The notes: generated by a model from the letters alone, not told the origin. 63,155 nucleotides of DNA from Cellulomonadaceae bacterium (GCA_038106075.1 JAYODB010000001.1:1-63155), one strand, 5' to 3'; positions 10,217-20,536 are shown, numbered from the stretch's first letter. Made by a program: numbers and translations.

Positions 10217-13200
10217 GCCTGCGGGGTGGTGAGACAGTCACGGCCCAGAATGCTCTTGATTTCGCCAATCAGGTTGGCGCTGACCTCAACAGTTTTGGGC
10301 AGTGAGAACACCCGGGCGACCCCGTCTCGAATGAGTCGCAGGCGCACCTCCGTGTCCCCCGGGTGACGCTCAAGAGCGGCGTCGAACTGGGTGAGAACGT
10401 CGGCGGTCGCAAAGTATTCCGGGACGGTGAGGACCAGCGGACCGTCAAAATTGTCGCGATCCCTCGGCTGAATGTTCAACACCTGAACACTTTGGGCGTG
10501 CATCGTGATTTCGTCGTCTCGATGCTGAACCCTTCCTCGAACGGCGAGAAGCGAATCGGGTTGCAGGGCGCTCTGGTTCTCGAGGTAGGACTTTCCTAAA
10601 AACAGGATGGACAACTCTCCGCTGAAATCTTCAAGGGTTGCCTGGCCATAGGGATTCCCGCTATTGCGGGCCACCCGATGGTTGACGGCGGTGAGTAATC
10701 CGGCAACCTGCACGACGGCGCCGTCGTCGAGCTCCGATTCCAGAAGTTGGGCGACTGTCATGTCCGAGTTTTCGGAAAGCCCGATTTCCATTCCGGAGAG
10801 AGGGTGGTCGGAAACATAGAGGCCCAACATTTCGCGCTCGAGCGCGAGAAGTTCCTTCTTGCTCCATTCCGGCAGGTTGATGATCTTCGGAGTCTGGCTC
10901 TCTTCGTGCTCGTCGAGGAGGGAATCAAAATCGAATCCCACGTCACCGTGCTCTTCGGCTTTCTTCTGGCGAACGGCCTGGTCAACAACGGATTCGTGAA
11001 TCTCGGCGAGCGACCTCCGGGTGTTCCCCAACAGGTCGAAGGCCCCCGCCTTGATCAGAGACTCCACCGTCCTTCGGTTCAGGACGTGGCCTGAGACTTT
11101 GTTGACGAAGTCGTGGAAGTCGGTGAAGGCCCCTTTTGACTCCCTCGCCTCGCGGATGTGGTTCACCACCTGGAGGCCGACATTGCGCACGGCGCCGAGG
11201 CCGAATCTAATCGAATCCCCCACTGCGGTGAAGGTGGCTAGCGATGTGTTGATGTCGGGGGGTAGAACATCGATTTTCATTCGGCGGCACTCGTTGAGAT
11301 AGACCGCCGACTTATCCTTGTCGCCGCTCACGCTGGTGAGCAGCGCCGCCATGTATTCCGCTGGATAGTGGGCTTTGAGATAGCCCGTCCAGTAGCTCAC
11401 GAGGCCATAGGCGGCCGAGTGGGCCTTGTTGAAGGCGTAGTCCGAGAACGGCACCAGAATGTCCCACAGTGTCTTAATGGCCTTATCTGAGTAGCCGTTG
11501 GAGCGCATTCCCGCTTGGAATCCCTCGAACTGGTAGTCGAGTTCCTCTTTCTTCTTCTTTCCCATTGCGCGTCGGAGCAGATCGGCTTGGGCGAGCGAGT
11601 AGCCAGCGAGTTTGCGGGCAATCTCCATCACCTGCTCCTGGTAAACAATCAGGCCGTAGGTCTCCCCGAGAATGTCATCCAGAACCTCCGCCAGTTCCGG
11701 GTGGAGCGGGGTGATGTCCTGCTGACCGTTCTTTCTCAGGGCGTAGTTCGTGTGAGAGTCCGCCCCCATCGGGCCGGGGCGATAGAGGGCGAGAACAGCC
11801 GAGATGTCTTCAAAGCGCTCGGGCTTGAGAAGCCTCAGCAGGCTTCGCATCGGGCCCCCATCGAGCTGGAACACCCCGAGCGTCTCTCCGCGGGAGAGCA
11901 GCTCATAGGTGGCCTGGTCGTCGAGGCTGAGCTCCTCCAAGACCGGCCGCTCTCCTCGGCTTACTTCAATATTGTCGAGCGCGTCGTCGATGATGGTGAG
12001 GTTTCGCAGCGCGAGAAAGTCCATTTTCACGAGCCCGAGGGATTCCGCTGTGGGGAAGTCGAACTGGGTGACGATTTGCCCGTCCTGTTCACGCTTCATG
12101 ATGGGGATGATGTCGATCAGCGGAGCGCGTGACATGATCACTCCCGCGGCGTGAACTCCCCACTGGCGTTTGAGGTTTTCGAGACCCTGCGCCGTCTCAA
12201 ACACCTTCTTGGCGTCGGGGTCAGCGTCGAGCAGGGCCCTGAAGTCGCCCGCTTCTTTGTAGCGTTCGTGACTCTTGTCGGTGATGCCGCTGAGCGGAAT
12301 GTCTTTGCCCATGACCGATGGGGGCATGGCTTTGGTGAGCTTCTCCCCCATCCCAAACGGATAGCCCAGGACGCGAGAGGCATCTTTGAGGGCTTGTTTG
12401 GCCTTGATGGTGCCGAAGGTGACGATTTGAGCGACCCGGTCGTCGCCGTATTTTTCGGTCACGTAACGAATCACTTCACCCCGCCGTCGCTCGTCGAAGT
12501 CCACATCGAAGTCCGGCATCGACACACGCTCTGGGTTGAGGAATCGCTCAAAAATCAGGCCGTGGACGATGGGGTCCAGTTCGGTGATTTTCATCGCGTA
12601 GGCCGCCATCGACCCCGCCCCCGAGCCGCGACCGGGCCCTACGCGGATACCGTTGTCCTTGGCCCAGTTGATGAAGTCGGCAACAACGAGGAAGTAGCTC
12701 GAGAAGCCCATCTGGGTGATCACGCCAATCTCGTAGTCGGCCCGCTCGCGAACCTCCTGGGGGACACCACCGGGGTACCGCTCCACGAGTCCTTCGTCGA
12801 CGGCTCGTCGGAAGGCGGCGTCCACCGAGTCGCCGGGCTCCACCGGGTAGTCGGGCATGTAGTTTGCCGACTCGTCGAATTCGACCGACACCCGTTGGGC
12901 AATCAGGAGGGTGTTGTCTGCCGCTCCCGGAAATTCGGCGAAGAGGGTCCGCATCTGTGCTGCGGATTTGATGTAAAAGTCCCCAGAGTCGAACTTGAAG
13001 CGCTTGGGGTCATCCAGGGTGGACGCCGATTGCACACACAGGAGGGCCTCGTGGGCGGCCGCGTCGGCCGCGTGCGTGTAGTGGGAGTCGTTTGTCCCCA
13101 CCATCGGCAGCCCTAAGTCATTGGCAAGACGGACGAGGTCGGCCATGACACGTTTTTCGAGTGGCAGACCGTGGTCCATCACTTCGACGAAGTAGTTCTC

Positions 13201-13749
13201 CGCTCCAAACAGATCTCGCATATCCGCCGCAGTTTTCACCGCTTCTTCGTAGAGGCCCAGACGCAACTTGGTCTGAACTTCACCGCTGGGACAGCCCGTC
13301 GTCGCGATGACGCCCTTGTGAAAGCGCTCGAGAAGTTCGATGTCCATTCGAGGTTTGAAGTAGTAGCCCTCAATCGACGCGAGGGACGCGAGCCGGAAGA
13401 GATTGTGCATGCCCTCGGTGTTTTCCGCGAGCAACGTGAGGTGGGTGTATGCCCCTCCACCGGAGACATCGTCTTCACCACCACCGGCAAAATTCACCCT
13501 CGTCTTGTCGCTGCGGTGGGTGCCAGGGGTGAGGTAACCCTCCATGCCGATAATCGGGTTGACACCGACGTCACGGGCTTTGCGCCAAAACTCGTAGGCG
13601 CCAAACATGTTCCCGTGATCAGTCATCGCCACGGCGGGCATTTCTTGACGGGCCACTTCGGCGACCAGTTCTGAAATTCGCGCGGCGCCATCGAGCATCG
13701 AGTACTCGGTGTGCACGTGAAGGTGCGCGAAGCTGTCGTTACTGGTCAC
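10189..13749 (-). CDS. dnaE: DNA polymerase III alpha subunit
   Basis: PHP domain HLHVHTEYSMLDGA, GPGRGSGAGS, PDFDVDF, YAFNKAHSAAY and OB fold. 1186 aa with no intein-sized insertion. Confidence 0.98.
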   Translation of the reverse strand: MTSNDSFAHLHVHTEYSMLDGAARISELVAEVARQEMPAVAMTDHGNMFGAYEFWRKARDVGVNPIIGMEGYLTPGTHRSDKTRVNFAGGGEDDVSGGGAYTHLTLLAENTEGMHNLFRLASLASIEGYYFKPRMDIELLERFHKGVIATTGCPSGEVQTKLRLGLYEEAVKTAADMRDLFGAENYFVEVMDHGLPLEKRVMADLVRLANDLGLPMVGTNDSHYTHAADAAAHEALLCVQSASTLDDPKRFKFDSGDFYIKSAAQMRTLFAEFPGAADNTLLIAQRVSVEFDESANYMPDYPVEPGDSVDAAFRRAVDEGLVERYPGGVPQEVRERADYEIGVITQMGFSSYFLVVADFINWAKDNGIRVGPGRGSGAGSMAAYAMKITELDPIVHGLIFERFLNPERVSMPDFDVDFDERRRGEVIRYVTEKYGDDRVAQIVTFGTIKAKQALKDASRVLGYPFGMGEKLTKAMPPSVMGKDIPLSGITDKSHERYKEAGDFRALLDADPDAKKVFETAQGLENLKRQWGVHAAGVIMSRAPLIDIIPIMKREQDGQIVTQFDFPTAESLGLVKMDFLALRNLTIIDDALDNIEVSRGERPVLEELSLDDQATYELLSRGETLGVFQLDGGPMRSLLRLLKPERFEDISAVLALYRPGPMGADSHTNYALRKNGQQDITPLHPELAEVLDDILGETYGLIVYQEQVMEIARKLAGYSLAQADLLRRAMGKKKKEELDYQFEGFQAGMRSNGYSDKAIKTLWDILVPFSDYAFNKAHSAAYGLVSYWTGYLKAHYPAEYMAALLTSVSGDKDKSAVYLNECRRMKIDVLPPDINTSLATFTAVGDSIRFGLGAVRNVGLQVVNHIREARESKGAFTDFHDFVNKVSGHVLNRRTVESLIKAGAFDLLGNTRRSLAEIHESVVDQAVRQKKAEEHGDVGFDFDSLLDEHEESQTPKIINLPEWSKKELLALEREMLGLYVSDHPLSGMEIGLSENSDMTVAQLLESELDDGAVVQVAGLLTAVNHRVARNSGNPYGQATLEDFSGELSILFLGKSYLENQSALQPDSLLAVRGRVQHRDDEITMHAQSVQVLNIQPRDRDNFDGPLVLTVPEYFATADVLTQFDAALERHPGDTEVRLRLIRDGVARVFSLPKTVEVSANLIGEIKSILGRDCLTTPQAQSSEAAVR

Positions 13750-13818
13750 TGGGTCTCCGGTTGTGGTCGGCCTCCAGATTATTCGGGCTCTCTGGAGTTT
13801 GCCCCCGCCACACCGACG

Positions 13819-14760
13819 TTACTGCGCATCGAGAAGCGTGAGAGCCCTCGCGAGGTCAGAGGGGTACTCGCTGCGGAAGGTGACGTACTCACCCGATCCG
13901 GGGTGGGTGAACCCCAGAGAGACCGCGTGGAGCCACTGTCGATCGAGCTGAAGCTTCTTGGCGAAGACCGGATCAGCCCCGTACAGAGCGTCACCGACGA
14001 GTGGATGGCGTTCTGCTTGAAAGTGAACGCGAATCTGATGGGTTCGTCCCGTTTCGAGGTGGACCTCCACCAGGGTTGCCCCCGGAAACACTTCGAGTGT
14101 GTCGTAGTGGGTAATCGAATGGCGACCTTCGCGCACGACAGCGAATTTCCACGACGAGCTCGGGTGTCGACCAATCGGCGCGTCAATCGTCCCAGAGGAC
14201 GGCGACGGGTACCCCTGAACGAGCGCGTGGTACACCTTGTCTACCTCACGGTTGCGAAAGGCCCTCTTGAGTCCGGAATAGGCCCGATCGCTCGCCGCAA
14301 CCACCATGACTCCTGATGTGCCGACGTCGAGCCGATGCACCACTCCGGGGCGCTCTTCCACGCCGAGCCCGGGAAGCTGGAAACCCTTTTCGTCGAGCCA
14401 GCCGATAATGTCTGGGCCTTCCCAACTGGGTGCTGGGTGAACGGTGTAGCCCACTGGCTTATCGACAACGATGATGTCGTCGTCACTGAAAAGAATCGTG
14501 GGCTCTTCCGTCGCAACGACGACCGGTTCACCATCCTCTTTCACCACTTCGTGGAGGGTGTAACGCTCCCCTGCCTCGACCACCCGAGACTTCTTGACGG
14601 GTTTTCCCGCGAGCTCTACCGCTCCGTGGGCGATGAGGTGGTGCACCCGCGAACGGGAGAGGCCGGTGAGTTGAGAAAGGGCGTGGTCAAGCCGCTCGCC
14701 GGAGAGCTCATCGGTGACGACGACACTCTCAGGCTCCGGCGTCTGGGCGCTCTCGCCCAC
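13819..14760 (-). CDS. RluA/RluD family pseudouridine synthase
   Basis: S4 domain (RLDHAL), catalytic VHRLDVGTSG, TGRTHQIRVH. Confidence 0.95.
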   Translation of the reverse strand: MGESAQTPEPESVVVTDELSGERLDHALSQLTGLSRSRVHHLIAHGAVELAGKPVKKSRVVEAGERYTLHEVVKEDGEPVVVATEEPTILFSDDDIIVVDKPVGYTVHPAPSWEGPDIIGWLDEKGFQLPGLGVEERPGVVHRLDVGTSGVMVVAASDRAYSGLKRAFRNREVDKVYHALVQGYPSPSSGTIDAPIGRHPSSSWKFAVVREGRHSITHYDTLEVFPGATLVEVHLETGRTHQIRVHFQAERHPLVGDALYGADPVFAKKLQLDRQWLHAVSLGFTHPGSGEYVTFRSEYPSDLARALTLLDAQ

Positions 14761-15417
14761 CTAACCCTTGGATTCGGAATCGTCCGAATCGTCTACCTGC
14801 TCGGTCGACCCGGTCTCGGGCACAACCGTGGTCGGAGCGCTCACCGGCGCCGACGGGGTCGGCACTGCTGATTCGATTCCCGTGTGCTCGAGCGTGTTCA
14901 GTTGACCTTCGATGAAGCCCCGGAGGCTTTCGCGATATTCGCGCTCGAACTCGCGCAGAGCATCCACCTTGTTTTCGATGGTCTGGTGCTCCCGCTTGTA
15001 CTCAGCCAGGCGACGCTGATGTTCTGCCTCGGCCTCGGAGACAATACGGGCAGCCTGCGAGTGACCTTCGGCGATGAGCTCATCGCGCTTCGCGATTCCT
15101 TCCCGCACGTGTTCTTCGTGCAGGCGACGGGCGAGTTGAAGCAGGTTGGTGGTGCCTTCCGCATCAATCGGATCGTCAAGAGACGCGGTGGGAACGGGCG
15201 CGGCAGAGCCGGCAGATGCTCCTGCGCGTTGAAGCTCGGCGATTCGAGCTTCGGCGGCTTGAAGTTCAGTCTTCAGCTGGTTGTTTTCCTCTTGGAAGCG
15301 CCGCATTTCGACGACAACCTCGTCGAGAAAGTCATCGACCTCGTCTTGGTCGTATCCTTCTCGGAATTTAGTCGACTGAAAACGCTTGTTGACGATGTCT
15401 TCAGGTGTCAATGCCAT
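14761..15417 (-). CDS. divIVA: DivIVA/Wag31 polar growth protein
   Basis: MALTPEDIVNKRFQSTKFREGYDQDEVDDFLD followed by coiled coils, ending LREFEREYR. Start moved to ATG 15417. Confidence 0.94.
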   Translation of the reverse strand: MALTPEDIVNKRFQSTKFREGYDQDEVDDFLDEVVVEMRRFQEENNQLKTELQAAEARIAELQRAGASAGSAAPVPTASLDDPIDAEGTTNLLQLARRLHEEHVREGIAKRDELIAEGHSQAARIVSEAEAEHQRRLAEYKREHQTIENKVDALREFEREYRESLRGFIEGQLNTLEHTGIESAVPTPSAPVSAPTTVVPETGSTEQVDDSDDSESKG

Positions 15418-15532
15418 TGGTAGGTGTTCCTCTGCGGTTGGCTGTGCGCACGCGCTGCAATGCAACTCACGACAAATGCGACCGTATCGGTCGGCCCCAG
15501 CTTATCTCTCTCGACCGAATTCTGCAGGGGGC

Positions 15533-15820
15533 TTAGCGAAAACTCCCGACGAACGACATCGCAATCAGCACGCCGATCATCAGCAAGCTCCAGCCCAAAT
15601 CAATCGCTGCGCCACCGATTCGAAGTGGGGGCAGCACGCGGCGCACCGTCCGAAGTGGTTTATCGGTCAGGCTGTAGGCGGCTTCGGCAACGAGCAACAC
15701 CGGGCCTTTTGGTCTCCAGGTGCGAGAAAAGACCTGCACCCAGTCAAGGATGAACCTCACCCACATCGCGATGAAAAACGCGTAGAGGGCAACGTAAATC
15801 ACCCAGGCAATGGCAGTCAT
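15533..15820 (-). CDS. YggT family membrane protein
   Basis: RFILDWVQ...TDKPLRTVRRVLPPLRIGGAAIDLG. Located between sepF and divIVA. Confidence 0.92.
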   Translation of the reverse strand: MTAIAWVIYVALYAFFIAMWVRFILDWVQVFSRTWRPKGPVLLVAEAAYSLTDKPLRTVRRVLPPLRIGGAAIDLGWSLLMIGVLIAMSFVGSFR

Positions 15821-15850
15821 CGCACCCAGTGTCTCGTAAACAGCTGAGTG

Positions 15851-16276
15851 TTAGTCGAGCAGCGCGTCGCCGTCGCTGTCGTCGGCCTCACCGGAGACCT
15901 GAACGTGCGAGGGTGAGAGCAGGAACACCTTGGGAGTCACGCGCTCGATGTGACCGTAGAGGCCCTGGGTGAGACCGCTCGCAAAGTCCACCATGCGGCG
16001 GGCTTCTGTCTCGCTCATCTGGGTCAGGTTCATGATGACGGGAATACCGTCACGGAAGGTTTCCGCGATCAGTTTCGCGTCCTCGTACTTCTTGGGGTGA
16101 ACCGTGAGGATTTCGCTGACGTCAGGCGACGACTGGCGTCCGCGGCGCAACGCCGTCACGGTCGCACGAGCAGGGGCCTCTTTGGCTGCGGGGGCGGGAC
16201 GCGATTCCCACTCTTCAGCAGGGGTCTCTTCTGCGAGACCCAAGAATTCAAGCGACTTGCGCAGGGGGTTAGCCAT
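15851..16276 (-). CDS. sepF: Cell division protein SepF
   Basis: [11 protein letters not shown]...[11 protein letters not shown]...KVFLLSP. Confidence 0.95.
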   Translation of the reverse strand: MANPLRKSLEFLGLAEETPAEEWESRPAPAAKEAPARATVTALRRGRQSSPDVSEILTVHPKKYEDAKLIAETFRDGIPVIMNLTQMSETEARRMVDFASGLTQGLYGHIERVTPKVFLLSPSHVQVSGEADDSDGDALLD

Positions 16277-16311
16277 TTCCCAGCCTTTCTTCCGTTTCCG
16301 GTGGTTCCAGG

Positions 16312-16989
16312 CTAGGCCGGAGAGGGGCGTTTTCCGGTGATTGCGGTCCCGATGCGAAGGTGTGTCGCACCAGCGTGGATCGCCTCGGCAAAGTCGCCCG
16401 ACATGCCAAGCGAGAGGTCGGTTGACGATGCGCTCAAAGCGAGCAACCGCTGCTGGTAGTCAAGAACCCTGGCAAAGGCTTCTGCCGGTTCCTCTTCCTG
16501 GGGGGCAACAGCCATCAGTCCTCTGAGGTTCAGCGTCGGGGTCTGCAACACCTGGTCGATCAGACTCTCGAGTTCGTCGGGCCACACGCCTCCGCGGCCA
16601 GGGTCGTCGGTGAGATTCAGCTCGACGAAGACGTCAACACTTCTCTCTGCATTCGCCAGCTTTGTCACCAGGCTGCCGCGGTCCAACGAGTGAATGACCT
16701 GGCAGTACTGGCTCACCGCGAGGGCCTTATTCGACTGCAACTGGCCCACAAAGTGCCAGGTGAGATCGAGGTCGGTCAGTTCGACGTGTTTAGGCTGGGC
16801 CTCCTGGTGCCTCGACTCCCCGACGTGCCTAACTCCTAGGGCGTGGAGGTCCCTCACGAGGGAAGCGGGGTGAAATTTCGTCACCACAATCGTGGTGATG
16901 TCCCCCTCGTCGCGGCCCGCGTCGCGAGCGGCCTCGCTGATATCAGCCATGACCGCCTGGTAGCGGTCAGCGAGGGCCGAGTCGACCAC
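16312..16989 (-). CDS. yggS: YggS family PLP homeostasis protein
   Basis: [28 protein letters not shown] and SLGMSGDF...[11 protein letters not shown]. Confidence 0.95.
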   Translation of the reverse strand: MVDSALADRYQAVMADISEAARDAGRDEGDITTIVVTKFHPASLVRDLHALGVRHVGESRHQEAQPKHVELTDLDLTWHFVGQLQSNKALAVSQYCQVIHSLDRGSLVTKLANAERSVDVFVELNLTDDPGRGGVWPDELESLIDQVLQTPTLNLRGLMAVAPQEEEPAEAFARVLDYQQRLLALSASSTDLSLGMSGDFAEAIHAGATHLRIGTAITGKRPSPA

Positions 16990-16992
16990 GCG

Positions 16993-18141
16993 CTAGCGCA
17001 GGAAGTCGGGAACGTCGAGCTCCGCTTCCGCGTCCATCTCAGAGGCGAAAAGGGGTGCCTCTTCCGGCTCTCCCGCGACGGCAGGGGCCTCTGAGGTTTC
17101 AGCCAACCACGCGGGCGTTTCCTCGGTCATTGCCGGTTCTGCTTCGGTGCCCTCCGCGGCAGCGACCGGCCACGGAGTGTTCACCGGCGTCTGCGTGGCG
17201 GGGTCGAATCCTGCCGCGATCACGGTGACCCGGACTTCATCGCCCAGAGAGTCGTCGATGACCGCGCCAAAGATGATGTTGGCGTCGGGGTGAACGGCTT
17301 CTTCGACGAGCTTGGCGGCGTCGTTGATTTCGTAGAGTCCGAGGTTTGAACCACCCTGGATCGACATCAGCACACCCTGCGCGCCCTCGATGCTGGTCTC
17401 CAAGAGTGGCGACGCAATCGCCAGCTCGGCGGCTTTGATCGCGCGGTCGGCGCCCCGCGACGAGCCAATTCCCATGAGCGCGCTTCCGGCGTCCTGCATC
17501 ACCGATTTCACGTCGGCAAAGTCAAGGTTGATGAGGCCCGGCGTGGTGATCAGGTCGGTAATTCCCTGAACACCGGCGAGCAGAATGTGGTCCGCTGTTT
17601 CGAACGCTTGAATCATGCTGATGGTGCGGTCACCGATCTCGAGAAGGCGGTCGTTGGGCACCACGATGAGGGTGTCCACCTCTTCGCGCAGCAGCGCCAC
17701 GCCCTCTTCCGCTTGAGCCTGGCGACGCTTTCCTTCGAAGCTGAATGGCTTGGTCACGATACCCACGGTGAGAGCGCCCACCGATTTGGCGATGCGGGCC
17801 ACCACTGGAGCTCCACCCGTTCCCGTTCCGCCGCCTTCTCCAGCGGTCACGAATACCATGTCGGCGCCGGAGAGGGCCTGCTCGATTTCTTCGGCGTGGT
17901 CCTCCGCGGCTCGACGACCAATTTCGGGGTCTGCGCCAGCGCCCAAGCCTCGGGTGAGTTCACGTCCGATGTCGAGTTTCACGTCGGCGTCAGACATCAA
18001 TAGGGCTTGTGCGTCGGTGTTCACGGCGATGAATTCCACACCTTTGAGGCCTCGCTCAATCATCCGGTTGACAGCGTTGACGCCGCCGCCACCGACTCCG
18101 ACAACCTTGATGACTGCCAGATAGTTATGGTGTCCGGACAC
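16993..18141 (-). CDS. ftsZ: Cell division protein FtsZ
   Basis: [10 protein letters not shown], tubulin signature GGGTGTG, NLDFAD and C-terminal [11 protein letters not shown] 18141 has an AGGAGAG RBS. Confidence 0.98.
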   Translation of the reverse strand: MSGHHNYLAVIKVVGVGGGGVNAVNRMIERGLKGVEFIAVNTDAQALLMSDADVKLDIGRELTRGLGAGADPEIGRRAAEDHAEEIEQALSGADMVFVTAGEGGGTGTGGAPVVARIAKSVGALTVGIVTKPFSFEGKRRQAQAEEGVALLREEVDTLIVVPNDRLLEIGDRTISMIQAFETADHILLAGVQGITDLITTPGLINLDFADVKSVMQDAGSALMGIGSSRGADRAIKAAELAIASPLLETSIEGAQGVLMSIQGGSNLGLYEINDAAKLVEEAVHPDANIIFGAVIDDSLGDEVRVTVIAAGFDPATQTPVNTPWPVAAAEGTEAEPAMTEETPAWLAETSEAPAVAGEPEEAPLFASEMDAEAELDVPDFLR

Positions 18142-18157
18142 GTGGGGCCCCTCTCCT

Positions 18158-18192
18158 AAAACCTTCAACCTCTACTTGAGGATGAGAGTTTT
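18158..18192. promoter_or_regulatory. Imperfect palindrome upstream of ftsZ, candidate FtsR/MerR-type operator
   Basis: AAAACCTTCAACCTC-TACTT-GAGGATGAGAGTTTT. A related copy lies at 47401-47425. Confidence 0.6.
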
Positions 18193-18252
18193 TCTCACTT
18201 TTTGACTGCGTCCACGCTACGGCCGAACACCATCGAAGCCGCTTAGCAAGCT

Positions 18253-18265
18253 GGGCGTGTCGCCG
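18253..18265 (-). promoter_or_regulatory. GACAC-containing box (candidate WhiA site) upstream of ftsZ
   Basis: CGGCGACACGCCC on the coding strand. An identical 13-mer lies at 47492-47504. Confidence 0.55.
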
Positions 18266-18270
18266 GGGAA

Positions 18271-19143
18271 CTATCCGGCGTTGCCGTCACGAATCACGAC
18301 GGTTTCTGGAGTTGAAAGGTCGATCAGTTTTGCGCCCGCGGCGCCGGCCGCTTGAAGCGCGGCAGGCAGAGCCCGCGCTTTCTGGGCCGAGAACTCACTA
18401 CTCCCCCACAACACCTGATGATCACTGTCGCGCAGGCTAAAGGCCACCGTGTCCGCGCTCGAGGCCGTGATGCGGTCAATACGGCGCAAGACCTCTTCCG
18501 GAATCACCGCGAGTGCCTCGACAATGGCTCGGAAACCTCGATCGTCTGAGTCGGCCGCGACGCCAATCAGTGGAAGCTCTGAAGGCCGAACGGTGTCTGA
18601 CCAGAGCTCAACAGCAGCCTGGTCGACCACCCGGAAATTACCCGCTGTTCCCACCGCACCCAGAGGAGTTCGCTCAATGATTGATACGGCGAGAGTGTCG
18701 GGAAGTTCCGCCCGAGTGTCGACGGATTGAATGAGAGCCACGTCCGAGAGCTCTCTCGCCACATCCGCGCCACTCACCTGGGCGAGGGGAAGGCCAGCGA
18801 GGGGTTGGAGTTGCTCGATGACCTGCGCATTCGTCAGACGGACCGCGCCCTCCACCTTGATGGTGCGTAGCGACATGAGTGGCGAGGTCGTGACGATAAT
18901 GACCAGCACGACGAGGGCCACCACACTGCCCACACCCGCGGTCCACGTCAGCCGACGCTGCCGAGTGGACACCGTAAAGCGCCGATACTCGGTCCTCTCC
19001 GCCTTTTTCCTCGCCCGGGTCGCCGCGCGGGCGGACCGGGCAGCCGATTTCGCGGCGGAGGGTTTGCGGGCGGATTTTGGCTCGGGGGCAGCCGGTTTAG
19101 CGGACGCAGGCCCAAAACCGCTCGGTCTACTCGGTGTCGCCAT
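18271..19143 (-). CDS. ftsQ: Cell division protein FtsQ
   Basis: Basic N-terminus, single TM helix, POTRA-like segment (IKVEGAVRLT...LPDTLAVSIIERTP), ending IDLSTPETVVIR. Lies between murC and ftsZ. Confidence 0.88.
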   Translation of the reverse strand: MATPSRPSGFGPASAKPAAPEPKSARKPSAAKSAARSARAATRARKKAERTEYRRFTVSTRQRRLTWTAGVGSVVALVVLVIIVTTSPLMSLRTIKVEGAVRLTNAQVIEQLQPLAGLPLAQVSGADVARELSDVALIQSVDTRAELPDTLAVSIIERTPLGAVGTAGNFRVVDQAAVELWSDTVRPSELPLIGVAADSDDRGFRAIVEALAVIPEEVLRRIDRITASSADTVAFSLRDSDHQVLWGSSEFSAQKARALPAALQAAGAAGAKLIDLSTPETVVIRDGNAG

Positions 19144-20533
19144 ACACCTCTCGCATTCGAGCGAGGAGCCTGGGCACGATTTGATACAAATCACCCGTAC
19201 TCATGGTCACAATCACGTCGCCGGGTTGGGCTCGCGCCACGGCGAGCTCCACCGCTTTGTCCCAGTTAGGTTCAAAGTCGTATGAGGTCCCCGGGGCGAG
19301 CCGATCGAGAATCAATTGCGTCGTGACACCCTCGATTGGGTCTTCTCGCGAGCCAAAAATGTCGAGAAAGATGGTGTGGTCACTGCCGTCGCTGAAGGCG
19401 TCGGCCAGTTGCGTCGCCATGAGCTGCGTTCTCGAGTAGAGATGGGGTTGAAACATCGTGATGACGCTGCCCTCACCCACAACGTTTTGCGCGATTTCGA
19501 GCGCTGTAGCAACCTCCGTGGGGTGGTGGGCGTGGTCATCAAACACCCGCACTCCCCCAATCTCACCGTGGAACTGGAAGCGCCGGTCGGCTCCACGGAA
19601 ACCACTCACCCCGCGAGCAGCCTCAGCCACGGACAACCCCGCGGCAATCATCGACGCGACCACACCTGCGGCGTTGAGGGCATTGAGTCGACCGGGAACC
19701 GCCAATTCAAAGCGGGCCGATTCGTCCCGGTAGCTGACGGTTGCGGAGGCGACAGGCGCTGCCTGGACGTCAGAGAGGAGAACCTCAGCGTCTGGCGAGG
19801 TTCCATAGCTGAGCGGAGCAATATCGGCCACTCTGTGGGCAATGTTGCGCGCTCCGGCGTCGTCGATACAAATCACTGCGCGGCCCGTTGCCGAACGGGC
19901 GAAGGCTTCGAAGGCGTCAAACACCGCCTCGGCCGTTCCATAAAAGTCGAGGTGGTCGGCCGCCACATTCGTGATCAGCGCGATCTCTGGGTGGTAGATC
20001 AGAAATGACCGATCTGATTCGTCCGCTTCGATCACAAACCATTCAGAGCTACCGTGCCGGGAGGACACCCCCCACTCTGAGACGACACCACCGTTGACGG
20101 CGCCCACATCGACGCCGATGTGGTCAAACGCGGTCGCCAGCATCGCGGTCGTGGTGGTTTTGCCGTGCGAACCCCCCACGGCGATCAGGCGGTATCCCTG
20201 GGTGATAAAGCGCAAGGCATCGGCACGATGCAAGATTGGGATTCCACGGCCGGTGGCATCGACAATTTCTGGATGGTGGTCGCGCACCGCATAGGTCGAA
20301 ATCACGGTATCGGCCTGAGCAATCCAGCCCGACTCTTCTCCAATGAACACGTCAATTCCCGCATCACGCAGAGAATCGGTGACCTCAGACGCCGACCGCT
20401 CGGTGCCGGTGACGACCACACCGCGCTGGTGGAGGATGCGCGCGATTCCGCTCATCCCCGATCCGCCCACGCCAATCATGTGGACCCGACCCAATGATTC
20501 AGGGAGCCAGCCGTCTTCTCGTGGTCTCAGCAC
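19127..20533 (-). CDS. murC: MurC ligase (first stem-peptide residue)
   Basis: HMIGVGGSGMSGIA, intact P-loop GSHGKTTTT, IEADESD, DHLD, DDHAHHPTE and FQPHLYSRT. Confidence 0.95.
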   Translation of the reverse strand: MLRPREDGWLPESLGRVHMIGVGGSGMSGIARILHQRGVVVTGTERSASEVTDSLRDAGIDVFIGEESGWIAQADTVISTYAVRDHHPEIVDATGRGIPILHRADALRFITQGYRLIAVGGSHGKTTTTAMLATAFDHIGVDVGAVNGGVVSEWGVSSRHGSSEWFVIEADESDRSFLIYHPEIALITNVAADHLDFYGTAEAVFDAFEAFARSATGRAVICIDDAGARNIAHRVADIAPLSYGTSPDAEVLLSDVQAAPVASATVSYRDESARFELAVPGRLNALNAAGVVASMIAAGLSVAEAARGVSGFRGADRRFQFHGEIGGVRVFDDHAHHPTEVATALEIAQNVVGEGSVITMFQPHLYSRTQLMATQLADAFSDGSDHTIFLDIFGSREDPIEGVTTQLILDRLAPGTSYDFEPNWDKAVELAVARAQPGDVIVTMSTGDLYQIVPRLLARMREVYGDTE

Positions 20534-20536
20534 GGC

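Noticed and set aside
12151-13116. 321-aa + strand ORF antisense to dnaE, and many similar long antisense ORFs (e.g. 3487-4341, 42729-43592, 52384-53181, 56447-57343, 60760-61527)
   Set aside because: Shadow ORFs expected from high GC3 codon bias opposite well-conserved genes. No recognisable motifs.
10189-13749. Possible intein or split in dnaE
   Set aside because: Length and continuous motif order fit an uninterrupted DnaE, and no splice-junction motifs were seen.
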